Assembly (NCBI GenBank): GCA_035221665.1
Contig: CM069155.1
Location: 10,292,001-10,356,000 of the forward strand
Reading direction: 5' to 3'
Length of the DNA: 64,000 nt
From: Okamejei kenojei
Taxonomy: Eukaryota
The position numbers and the translations under genes are program-made. The notes under the pieces were generated by a model, which did no database searches, had not been told where the DNA came from, and was given only the letters and a program-made list of their open reading frames with translations. Every line of letters begins with the position of its first letter. Within the stretch, counting starts at the first letter, position 1. Of the stretch, positions 1 to 10,852 are shown piece after piece.

Positions 1-160
1 CTCCACTTGGAGTGCTGTGAGGATGGACTTGCTGCCTGCACTCTGCTTCCAGTGCTGTGAGGTTGCACCTGCTGCCTGCACTCTGCTTGGAGTGCTGTGA
101 GGTGGGACTTGTGGCCTGCACGCCACTTCAAGTGCTGTGTGATTGGATTTGCAGGACTGC
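1..160. repeat. 40-bp minisatellite, about 4 copies visible (runs off the window start)
   Basis: Unit ~ctc(ca/tg)ctt(gg/cc)agtgctgtgagg..gga/cacttgctgcctgca at 1, 41, 81, 121. Confidence 0.85.
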
Positions 161-570
161 ACTGAATGATGAATTTTGAGGTAAATGCTCAGATTTCCTT
201 TGTTAAACTTTGACCACTCAATCTCTCTGTATTAAAATTGTCTTTTTTTAAATATCAACAGCAAAGAGCCATCAAGAGGCAGCAAGCAGAACACCACAAG
301 AGACACAACACGAAATAACTTAATAAATCTCATCTTTAACATTTAAATTGTTGTTACATTTTAAGAGTCCTTCACATTTTAAACTTTAATAAATCCTATT
401 TCCAATTGCCATGCCTGCGTGTTCTTTATCACAAAGGGAACCTAATAGGCAGGAATGGCTGCGCTGTCGGAGAGCCACTAAGAGTGTATGGGGAGTAGGT
501 TGAGGGGAGATGGACTGAATGCATGGGGGGAGGGAAATGGCAAGTAGCAGAGTGGGGTGAAGGGAGTAGA

Positions 571-740
571 GGTGACTGAGTGAACTTCCACCACATAAGC
601 CATGAGTGACTGGACTGCCAGCCCATCAGCCATGAGTAAGTGAACTGCCAGCCCATCAGCAGTAAGTAACTGAAGTGCCAGCCCACCAGCCATGATTTAG
701 TGAACTGCCAGCCCACCAGCCATGACTCACTGAACTGCAA
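571..740. repeat. 30-bp minisatellite, about 6 copies (related units again at ~975-1070)
   Basis: Unit catgagt.a.tgaactgccagccca.cagc with 30-nt period; explains the repetitive ORF 429..746. Confidence 0.85.
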
Positions 741-1289
741 ATCCAAGAATCCATTCGGTCCACAATATCCATACTAGCCCTCTGGAAACCAGTCCCTTCC
801 ATGCACAACACCCATACTCGCGCTCCAGAGATCCACACAAGGATAGACTTTCCTCCTTCATTGCTGTGATCTATAAAAAGAGATGAAAATGTCTAAAATT
901 GATTGTCCACACTCTCCCCTTCTCTCTCTCTCACAGTCTGTCACCTGTTTTCGGCAGAATTTATGGCAGTTTCTCAGCTGCCAGCCCGCCAGGCCTGAAT
1001 TACTGAGCTGCCAGCCCGCCATGCCTGAGTTACTGAACTGCTAGGCTTGAGTGACTGAGATTCCAGCACAAGAATCCATTTGGCCCACAACCCTCTGGAA
1101 ACCAGTCCCTTCGGCCCACACTAGCGCTAGAGGACCCCCCCCCACTGGCCACCAATATTGGAAATGGTGGAGAGGTGGAATATTACGTTGGGGGACCAGC
1201 CCTCCCATGTGATGCTGGGACCAAACGGGTCCCACTTGGTCTTGTGTAATACTATACACAAGTACAATCAAGTCAAACTCAAGTGCAAT

Positions 1290-1722
1290 GGCATGGCATG
1301 GTGGCACAATGGTAGAGTTGCTGCATTACAGCGCCAGAGACCCAGGTTCAATCCTGACTATGGGTGCTGACTGTACGGAATTGATATGTTCTTCACGTGA
1401 CCACATGGTTTTTCCCCGGGTGCTCCAGTTTCCTCCCACATTCCAAAGACGTACATTTGTAGATCTTAAGAAATCTGAAGAAGGGTCTCATCCCGAAATG
1501 TCACCCATTCCTTCTCTCTAGAGATGCTGCCTGTCGCACTGAGTTACTCCAGAATGTTGTGTCTATTTTCAGGTTTGTATGTTAATTGACTTCAGTAAAG
1601 ATGGTAAATTGTCCCTAGTGTGTAGGATAGTGCTAGTGTCTGGGGATCGTCAGTCGGCACGGACTTGGTGGGCCAAAGGGCCTGTTTCCATGCTGTATCT
1701 TTAAACTAAACTGAACTAAACT
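1290..1722 (+). mobile_element. tRNA-derived V-SINE (HE1-like), interrupted by a Penelope-like fragment at ~1460-1570
   Basis: A/B-box head (tggcacaatggtagag...ggttcaatcc), V-domain core (tccccgggtgctccagtttcctcccac), CR1-type tail (gggccaaagggcctgtttcc), (CTAAA)n end. Confidence 0.85.
1475..1570 (+). mobile_element. Penelope-like pLTR fragment (decayed hammerhead motif)
   Basis: ctgaagaagggtctcatcccgaaatgtcacccattcc...gagatgctgcc...gagttactccag. Confidence 0.7.
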
Positions 1723-3094
1723 ACAATCCTTGGCCAGGGTGAGATTTATTAATTTACTGAAGAGCAGAAATAAGGCTGTGATAGACTGTGAGGTCTAGCA
1801 TGACATCTGTCAGGTATTGTACAATACCATTGAACACATATGAAGGAGAAATAAGCTTTAAAACCAATTCATATTAAAATCACTGTTCCTTTCATAGAAT
1901 AAATCTGATCCTTGTAGGTCTCATTAGAATGGGTTACAATTCATGTTTCATCACCAATGTATTTAACAAATAGAGCTGATCTTATTACCCATAAAAAGCT
2001 ATTAGGGGATTAATGGTCAACAGTCTGGAAAAAAGATCAAAGTGCAATTATGACCATGTTTATCAGGGCTGTCATCTGGTGCCTTACTGCAGCAAGAGTG
2101 CAATGTACAGTAAAATACATTTAACAGAATGCAAACAACATTATATAACCAGATAACATTATGTCTCAGCTTTCTTACATTTGAACCAATAATTATTTTC
2201 ATACTGGCACAAAGGAAGCATTTCTTCATTACAACAGATCTTAATAGAACATTTTGGGCAAAATGAAAGAAACAAAAAACATAAAAAGGAAAGTTCACAG
2301 TTTGAGCAGAGGGCTGATTACACTTCAGTGGTCTCATTCATATTTCACCCGAAAATTAAAAGAAAGTATTTCTAAATGAAAGAGATCATGGAAAATATTT
2401 ACCTTTGGATTGAATACTCTTCACGATTTTGTTATCTGCTCAACAAAACACCCACTCATCGCTAGTCTGAATAGCATCATGTGCTGATGATTCGCTCTTT
2501 ATCAATAATTTCCAAATCTTGAAGCAAAGGCGAGACATAAGTGCACTTTGTCACTCCCTGGGTCTTCAGGCAACCCTGAACCCCTCGTGATTCCATGTGC
2601 TTGCTCCATTTCCAACTCCCTGCACTAGAGAAATACATTGTGCTTTCTCTCCCATGAATGAAGCACATCATGACATCCATGTACTGCGACCAGCAGCAAG
2701 CTTACTGGCATTGATTACATGGTGTGCCTACAATGGACAGAGACTAAACAGTTCTGAGTAACTTTGATCTGCCTCCAGGCAACCCAGACTAGCCCACACA
2801 CGTTTATGCTGGAACACTGTCTAGAATAACTTATAGATTTGTGTACCCTCTTACCTTAGCCTTCAGATATTCTGCTTCTTGGAGAACTGGCAGTGGGATC
2901 TATAACTCTTGGTGGTGGGGGTCTATGAATATGAACTCTTTCTCCCCATTTTCTGGATCCCAAACATGTCTGTTCATGTGTCAAGATATTGTAAGACAGA
3001 AATTCACACGACAAAGACAAGAAATGACAGTCACAATAACATGAATAAAACATATCATGATATCCATATCCTGCACCCTGCAGGAAGCTTAATG

Positions 3095-3360
3095 GAAGAT
3101 AGATGTAAAAAGCTGGAGTAACTCAGCGGGTCGGACGCCTGAAGAAATGGAATAAGTGACCTTTCAGGTCAAGACCCCTCCTCAGACCGAGAGTCAGGGG
3201 AAAGGGAAACAAGAGATATAGACAGTGTTATAGAGAGATATAGAACAAATGGATGAAAGATATGCAAAGAAGTAATGGCAATAAAGGAAACAGGCCATTG
3301 TTAGCTGTGGGCTAGGCGAAAGCGAGTTACAGACAATGGGGCGTAATATGACAACAAGCT
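3095..3360 (-). mobile_element. Penelope-like pLTR fragment, longer copy
   Basis: Reverse complement of the same family, plus upstream pLTR sequence shared with 34486-34570. Confidence 0.7.
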
Positions 3361-3389
3361 TAATGGTGTTGATTACTTGGCACTGCCAA

Positions 3390-3667
3390 GGGGTGCATGG
3401 TGGTGCAGCGGTAGAGTTGTTGCTTTACCATACCCAAGACCCAGATTCGATCCTGACTCTGGGTGCTGTTTGTATTGAGTTTGTATGTTCCCCATGTGAC
3501 CACATGGCTTTCTGCCAGGTGCTCCAGTTTCCTCCTGCACTCCAAAGACATACAGGTTTGAAGGTCAATTGGCTTGTGATGACAGCTGGTTGGCGTGGAC
3601 TCAGCGGGCCGAAGGACCTGTTTCCACATTGTATCGCTAAACTAAACTAAACTAAACTAAACTAAAC
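3390..3667 (+). mobile_element. HE1-like V-SINE, internally deleted
   Basis: tRNA head, V core, (CTAAA)n tail. Confidence 0.85.
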
Positions 3668-4021
3668 AAACATGGTCGTGGCTTCAAAACACACCTTGTG
3701 GTGCCATGGGATCTCCAATCACAGTGCAAAAGAACTTTGTGGAAAGTGTTTGAATAAGTGTATTTCAACCATAAGCATATTTGGAACTAAAAATTCTTCT
3801 CTGTAGTGCCAAAAGTTCAGTTGTTACGAGGCAAGACTTGTACAATGAATATTGTTAATTCGCTCTTATGTGCCCCACATGTCAAAGTTGTACATTTGCT
3901 GTCAAGAACTACACACACAAGTGCCAAGTCCAATTTCTCAGTTTGCACAATTTGAATGGAAGACTATATTTCTTTCAGGGATGCATAAAACCATCAAAGT
4001 TCACCACTGCAGCACCAAACA

Positions 4022-4214
4022 TTCTCCGGGAGTTCTCGTTTCTTTCCACACTCCAAAGACGTATGGGTATGTCGGCTAATTGGCTTGGTAAAATTGTAAA
4101 TTGTCCCGATTGTGTGTCGGCTGGTGTTAGTGTGCAGAGATCGCTGGTTGGCGTGAACTCGGTGGGCCAAAGGGCCTGTTTCCGTGCTGTATCTCTAAAC
4201 TAAACTATACTAAA
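4022..4214 (+). mobile_element. HE1-like V-SINE, 5'-truncated
   Basis: Part of the V core plus gggccaaagggcctgtttccgtgctgtatctctaaactaaac tail. Confidence 0.8.
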
Positions 4215-4516
4215 CATTCTGCATGCTATTCATGTTCTGATTTTTTTTTTAAATTATGCATATATTTATTCATGCAATTGTGGTTTTTTAGGCATGTGTT
4301 TAACTAGTTTCATTGGTTAATAAAAACATATTTTCCTGAAACCAATCCAAAAATAACTACCATCACTGTAAGGCTCCGCTTCCAAAATGTTTTGTGGGAA
4401 TGATTTCTTAAAGTATGAGCCAAGGATATCCGCAAATTCTTGGCATGATGTGTAAAAAAATCTTCAAAGTAAACAAATGAATGTTAAAGATTAAAATAAA
4501 CGTTTTCCACTATATA

Positions 4517-5125
4517 CAGTGCCCTCCATAATGTTTGGGACAAAGACCCATCATTTATTTATTTGCCTCTGTACTCCACAATTTGAGATTTGTAATTAAA
4601 AAAAATCACACGTGGTTAAAGTGCACATTGTCAGATTTTATTAAAAGTGTTTTAATACATTTTGGTTTCACCATGTACAAATTACAGCTGTGTTTATACA
4701 TAGTCCCCCCATTTCAGGGCACCATAATGTTTGGGACATGTGGCTTCACAGGCATTTGTAATTGCTCAGGTGTGTTTAATTGCCTCCTTAATGCAGGTAT
4801 AAGAGAGCTCTCAGCATCCAGTCTTTCCTCTAGTCTTTCTATCAACATTAGAATCTTGTATTGCTGTTTATCAATTATCAACATGAAGACCAAAGTTGTG
4901 CCAATGAAAGTCAAAGAAGTCATTATGAGATTGAGAAACAAGAATAAAATCATTAGAGACATCAGCCAAACCTTAGGCGTACCAAAATCAACTGTTTGGA
5001 ATATAATTAAGATGAAAGAGAGCACTGGTGAGCTTACTAATCACAAAGGGACTGGCAGGCCAAGGAAGACCTGCACAGCTGATGACAGAAGAATTCTCTC
5101 TATAATAAAGAAAAATCCCCAACAA
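4517..5125 (+). mobile_element. Tc1 element A, left TIR plus transposase N-terminus
   Basis: TA|CAGTG start, ~220-bp IR/DR-type TIR (cataatgtttgggaca twice); ATG 4883 MKTKVVPMKVKEVIMRL...KSTVWNIIK...GRPRKT (paired-like HTH plus GRPR). Confidence 0.9.
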
Positions 5126-5176
5126 CTCTATAATAAAGAAAAATCCCCAAAGCCCCAAAATGTTTTCGAATATATA

Positions 5177-5715
5177 CAGTGACATCTAGAATGTTTGGGA
5201 CAAAGACCCATCATTTATTTATTTGCCTCTGTACTCCACAATTTGAGGTTTGTAATTAAAAAACACATGTGGTTAAAGTGCACATTGTCAGATTTTAATA
5301 TGTGACAATTTTATACATTTTGGTTTCACTGTGTAGAAATTACAGCAGTGGTTATACATAGTCCCCCCATTTCAGGGCATCATAATGTTTGGGACACAGC
5401 AATGTAATGTTAATGAAAGTTGTCATGTTTAGTATTTTGTTACATATCCTTTGCATGCAATGGCTGCTTGAAGTCTGCGATTCATGGACATCACCAATTG
5501 CTGGGAGTCTTCTCTGGGGATGCTCTGCCAGACGTGCATTACAAGCTTATGCTTGTTTTGGGGACAAGTCCCCTTCAGTTTTCTCTTCAGCATATAAAAG
5601 GCATGCTCAATTGGGTTCAAATTGGCTAACTGACTTGGCCACTCATGAATTAACAATTTTTTAGCTTCGAAAAACTCCTTTATTGCTTTAGCAGTATGTT
5701 TGGGATCATTGTCTT
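5177..5715 (-). mobile_element. Tc1 element A, right TIR plus transposase C-terminus, inverted
   Basis: Second TA|CAGTG TIR copy in direct orientation; minus-strand WPSQLANLNPIEH...LVMSMNRRLQAAIACKGYVTKY*. Confidence 0.88.
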
Positions 5716-5719
5716 ACTT

Positions 5720-6929
5720 TGACCCTCAAAATTGAGCTTAAGTTCATTCTGTTTCCATTGATTATCCTTGAGATGTTTCTACTCCTTGATTTGAGTCCAC
5801 CAGAGGTATATTAACTTGATTGGACATGATTTGGAAAGGCACAGATCTGGGGAAGGGTATAAAACAATTTCTGCAGCATTGCAGGTCCCGAAGAGCACAG
5901 TGGCCTCTGTCCTTCTAAAATGGAAGAACTGTGGAACCACCAGGACTCTTCATAGAGCTGGTCACCCGGGCAAACTGAGCAATCGGGGAGAAAGGCTTTG
6001 GTCAGGGAGGTGACCAAGAACCCGATGGTCACTCTGACAGTGCTCCAGACTTCCTCTGTGGAGATGGGAGAACCTTCCCACTCCTCAGTAAAAGGCACAT
6101 GTCAGCCCGCTTGGAGTTTGCCAAAAGGGTTATTTTCTCTGGTGCTCTGGTCTGACGAAACCAAGATTGAACTCTTTGGCCTGAATGCCAAGCATCACAT
6201 CTGGATGAAACCAGGCACCGCTCATCACCTGGCCAATACAATACCTATGGTGAAGCATGGTGGTGGCAGCATCATGCTGTGGGGATGTTTTTCAGCTGCA
6301 GGAACTGGTAGACTAGTGAGGATCGAGGGAAAGATGAATGGAGTAAAGTACAGAGAGATCATTGATGAAAACCTGCTCCAGATTGTTCTGGACTTCAGAC
6401 TGGGGTAGACGATCACCTTCCAACAGGACAATGACCCTAAGCACACAGCCAAGACAATACAGGAGTGGCTTTGTGACAGGTCTGTGAATGTCCTTGAGTG
6501 GCCCATCCAGAGCCTGGACTTGAACCTGATCGAACTTCTCTGGAGGGACCTGAAAATAGCTGTGCATCGACACTCTCCATCCAACCTGACAGAGCTTGAG
6601 AGGATCTGCATGGAAGAATGGGAGAAATTACCCAAATACAGGTGTGCCAAGCTTGTACCATCATACCCAAGAAGACTTGAGGCTGTAATGGCTTCAGCAG
6701 GTGGCTCAACAAAGTACTGAGTAAAGCGTCTGAATACTTATGTAAATGTGATATTTCAGATTTCTTTTTAATTACTTTGCAAAAATTTCTAAACAACATT
6801 TCGCTTCTTAATTCTGGGGTATTATGTGTAGATTGATGATTTAAAAAAATGAATCAATTTTAAAATAAGTCTGTAACATAACAAAATGTGCAAAAAGTGA
6901 AGGGGTCTGAATACTTTCTGAATGCACTG
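5720..6929 (+). mobile_element. Tc1 element B (DD34E transposase pseudogene with right TIR)
   Basis: [45 protein letters not shown] (34 residues between the second D and E); in-frame TAG 6406-6408, frameshifts and deletions; ends gtctgaatactttctgaatgCACTG|TA. Confidence 0.92.
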
Positions 6930-7279
6930 TATTTTTGCACTCACTCCCACATATTTACTGTGAATGGTCCCATCAATTTACCATCAAGTGACTGTCCCTA
7001 GTTTATATTTATGAAAATACATTTTTTTTTTTAATCGGTTTTACCCCAACTCTATTTTTGTCCTTTGTGGAAATGTTGTTCAATGTAGCGCACTTAATAC
7101 TGCTGCCTCAAATGCTCTTCCACTGCCATCGTATCCATTTACCCAGGACCACTCTCTAAAACTAAATACATTTCCATCCCATCTACTCTTAGTTTTGATA
7201 AATGCTGCATAAAAATGTTCTCTTAAATGCTTTCCAAGAGCTTAACACCTTTTATACCTTTTAATCCTGTTGCTCTTCC

Positions 7280-7780
7280 AGTCAATTGTCTGGAAACACT
7301 CATATGAATCAGTAACAGGAGTAACCGGCTCAGCTCTCTGAACCTGCTCCCAATTGCCGATATCCCCCAATAGTCGTCTTATTTCTATTGAACTTCTCGG
7401 GAACTTGCTTGCTTATTTGCTCTTCTCTGCCTCCGATTATCTGCCAACCAATGAAACACTCAAAGCAATGTAATTGTTCTGTCTTTAGTCTGGAGTTGTT
7501 GATCCTTCTATATTATTATGATGTTGATCTTTCTACATTATCCGTTGTCACAGCTGTAATTGGTTGCTTCACCAATATTGCTGCACACACACCATCCCTC
7601 TTCTCCATCTCATGTAATAACTGTGTAACCACAAATGTTGAGCTCCCACTCCTACTCATTTTCAAGCCATGTTTCAGTAACAACTATAACTTGCTGCTTT
7701 CACATTCAACTTCATACTTCCTGTGCTCCTTCAGTTCACCGCCTTTATTTCTGAGATTCATTGCTTTAAAGAATATACCA
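7280..7780 (-). mobile_element. degraded CR1-clade LINE, endonuclease region
   Basis: Minus strand reads VIVVTETWLENE*EWELNICGY, similar to the CR1 APE motif ITETWL...WELNIPGY. Confidence 0.55.
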
Positions 7781-7785
7781 TCAAA

Positions 7786-8097
7786 GCACAGTAGCACAGC
7801 TGGTAGAGCTGACGTCTCATAGTGCCAGAGACCTAGGGTCGATCCTGACCTCGGGTGTTGTCTGTGTGGAGTTTGCACGTTCTCCCTGTGACTCCATGGA
7901 TTTCCTCCGGGTGCTCCGGTTTCCTCTCATCCCAAAGATGTGCAGGTTTCTAGGTAAGTTGGCTTCTACAAAATTGCTCATAATGTTTAGGGAGTGTATG
8001 TGAAAGTGGGATAACATAGAACAAGTGGGCAGGGGTGATCGATGGTCATCGTGGACTCGGTAGGGCCCATGCTGGATCTCTAAAATACACTAAACTG
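7786..8097 (+). mobile_element. HE1-like V-SINE
   Basis: tRNA head, tgtgtggagtttgcacgttctccc V core, decayed (CTAAA)n tail. Confidence 0.85.
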
Positions 8098-8344
8098 ACT
8101 CCTTGCTGAAGAAGTCTTGAATCTGGGGGAAGGAAAACAGACACTGATTGGATCTGTTAATGGATATGGCTGCAAGCAGTTGTAACTGAGGTGATAGATC
8201 AGCCTGTACTTGGGCAGGACATGTTGACTGGACTAATGTGCTCAAAACAATGATTGTTGTAGGGACTCTGAAAATCTGTTTAATTCAAACTACCACGCAT
8301 CTCCTTAGAGTTAGTTTAGATCATTCATTGGGTGCAGAAAATTA

Positions 8345-9106
8345 TGCCCCTGTCCCACTTAGGAACCCTGAACAGAAATTAGTGGTGACCCAAGGTTGCC
8401 ATGAGTCGCCAGAGGTTTTGGTCACTCGCCTGGAAAGCCTCAACCAAAGCGTGAGCTGCATCTACCGACCAAAGATCCTACAGGATCTGTGCTACCGACC
8501 GCACACACACACAAACACATCGCGAAGGTGGGGGCCAGGGACAGCGGAGGCGCGCTGTCTGTGTGATGAAGAGGAAGGTAAACAGCTGCCACAGAGCACG
8601 GTAAGTCCTTTAGAGAGCGCGGGGGGAGGGGAGAGAAGAGGAGTGAAGGGGAGAGAGAAGGGGAGAGAGAAGGGAGAGAAGGGGGGTGAAGGGGGAGGGA
8701 AGGGGGAGAAGGGGAGAGAAGGGGGGGGGAGAAGGAGTGGAGACAGTTTTAAGAAGTTTAATAAAGTTAGTGGACATTTTACCTTCCGGTGGGTCCTTCT
8801 AGGCCATGAAACTCCAATGAGCCAATCAAAATGGCCGGTCAACGAAGGAGATTGCCTTCGACTGCCTGTAAGTAAATAGCGATCCCACTCCACTGGCTTT
8901 GACCAAATGGCAACCTATTTTTAGTCAAGGCCGGTTTTGATTTTGTCGAAATAATCGAAGGAGCATAGAAGAAGCCTCGGCCACGCGGAAACCACTTTCG
9001 ACCATTAGGGAGTGTGACCAAAACCTCCGGGAACCTCATGGAACCTTGGGAGGGGCGCAAGGTCACCAGAGGATTCCTTTCAGGTTTCCTATGTGGGACA
9101 GGGGCA
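8345..9106. mobile_element. non-autonomous DNA transposon / MITE (PIF-Harbinger-like)
   Basis: TIRs TGCCCCTGTCCCACTTAGGAACCCTGAA ... TTCAGGTTTCCTATGTGGGACAGGGGCA, flanked by TTA/TAA; purine-rich central tract; no transposase. Confidence 0.75.
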
Positions 9107-9159
9107 TAACCGTGACAATGTTAAATCTGAGAAGGAAGAACAGTATGATGTCATGTAAA

Positions 9160-10852
9160 ATCAGCCAGCTTCCCCGTCAGGTCTAGAGTCAGGCAGGGTT
9201 GCCCGCTCTCCCCTGTCTTGTCCGTCTATTGTATTGAACCTTTTGCCGGGTCCATCAGGAAGAACGCGAGCATAAGAACATTGCCAGGCAGTGGGGGCAC
9301 TCAGGTCAAAACCTCCCTGTACATGGACGATGTCGCTGTCTTCTGCTCGGATCCAGGGTCAGTCCGCAGACTGGATTAGTATCTGCGACCAGTTTGAGTC
9401 GGCAACAGGAGCCAGGGTGAACCGCAGGAAGAGTGAGGCCATGCTCTTTGGCAACTGGCCCGACCGATCTTCCGTCCCCTTCACCATCACGCATGACTTC
9501 TTGAGGGTGCTGGGGATCAGGTTCGGGGGAACGGAGGTGTGTGACAAGAATTGGCTGGAGCGGATAGCCAAGGTGGGGAAGAAACTTTGGCTATGGAAGC
9601 AACGCTCCCTCTCTATAACGAGAAAATATTTGGTCATCAGGTGTGAGGTACTCTTGGGGCTACTGTACATGGTGCAAGTGTGGTCTGTCCCTCCCTCCTA
9701 CGCCACCGAGATCTCCCGGGCCATGTTCCAGTTCATCTGGGAGTCGAGGATGGACCGGGTGCGACGGGCCACAATGCACAAGTCGGCAGACAACGGGGGT
9801 AAAAGTGTGCCCAACGTCGCCCTCACCCTGATGGCCACCTTCGTGTGTGGCTGCATCAGGCGGAGTGTAGAGCCAAGGCACGTGGGCACCAAGTGTCACT
9901 ACCTGCTGAGGTTCTACCTGTCCCCGGTGTTGCGAAGGATGGGCCTGGCGCAGATGCCACGCAATGTGCCAGTCAGCTGGACATTGCTGCCCCATCTGTC
10001 GTTCATGGAAAGGTTCTTCCGGACCAACACCTTTGACCACATGCCCTTCGGTCAGTGGTCAGCACAGAACGTCCTGCAGGCACTGTAATGACTCCATGGA
10101 TCCTGTGGCGTGGTTCCCAGAGCAGACTGCCCTGCGTGTCTGGCAAAATGCCTCTTCGGCAGAATTCACCAACAGGAACCAAGACCTGGCTTGGCTGACT
10201 GTGAGGGGAGCCCTCCCAGTCAGATCCTTCCTGCACTGTCGGAACATCACTACCAGTGCATGCTGCCCTCGGGACAGCTGCTATGGAGAGGAGACAGTTG
10301 CCCACCTCTTCGCAGGGTGTGGATTTGCAAAGCGGGTCTGGAGAGGTTTACAAGTGTCCCTGTCACGATTTATGCTGAACGGCTCTGTCACAGGGTCACA
10401 CTCTGAGACTGACATCGAGTGCTGCTGGAAGGTCATCAACTCGGTGAACGATGCTCTTTGGTCTGCACGAGCTTTGTTGATCTCCCAGCAGAGCGAGATG
10501 TACGTCCGGGAATGTTGCTGACTGGCCCGCTGCAGACTGCAGGAGTACGTGCTGAGGGACACACTGAAGCTCGGTGCAGCCAACGCCAAGGCTCGTTGAG
10601 GGAGGACCACAGTCTAAGGTCCTTCCGCTGCTGGACATGGGGGAGCTGGGTGTGATGGAGACGCCCGTCAAAACTAAGGGAAGGGATTCCATGCTAGTGG
10701 GCCACATGAGTGACAAGGGTGGGGGATTAATTTGTGTAAACAGTATTGAATGTTTGTATAGCCTCCGAGAATGCTGGATGAATTTTTGGCACGGTTCCTG
10801 TATTGTATATATTTACTACTTGAATAAAGTCAATTTTGAAATTTAAAAAAAA
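9160..10852 (+). mobile_element. 5'-truncated Tx1-clade LINE ORF2 (RT C-half plus CCHC finger), pseudogenised
   Basis: VRQGCPLSP, LYMDDV, FESATGARVNRRKSE, GGKSVPNV, CPRDSCYGEETVAHLFAGC; AATAAA and A-tail at 10823-10852; stops and frameshifts. Confidence 0.9.

Larger units (their letters stand above)
1..1244 (+). mobile_element. putative non-autonomous Helitron-like element (3' end visible)
   Basis: Hairpin TGGGACC-AAACG-GGTCCCA at 1216-1234, 6 nt before CTTG|T (decayed CTAG|T); internal minisatellite arrays. Confidence 0.4.

Noticed and set aside
1-740. Regularly spaced repeats resembling a CRISPR array
   Set aside because: Head-to-tail minisatellites with no unique spacers, in vertebrate DNA.
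429-746. 105-aa ORF with repeating WL.GWQF motif
   Set aside because: Translation of a 30-bp minisatellite; no splice or domain support.
9291-10088. 265-aa ORF as a host gene
   Set aside because: Frameshifted piece of a truncated Tx1 LINE ORF2.
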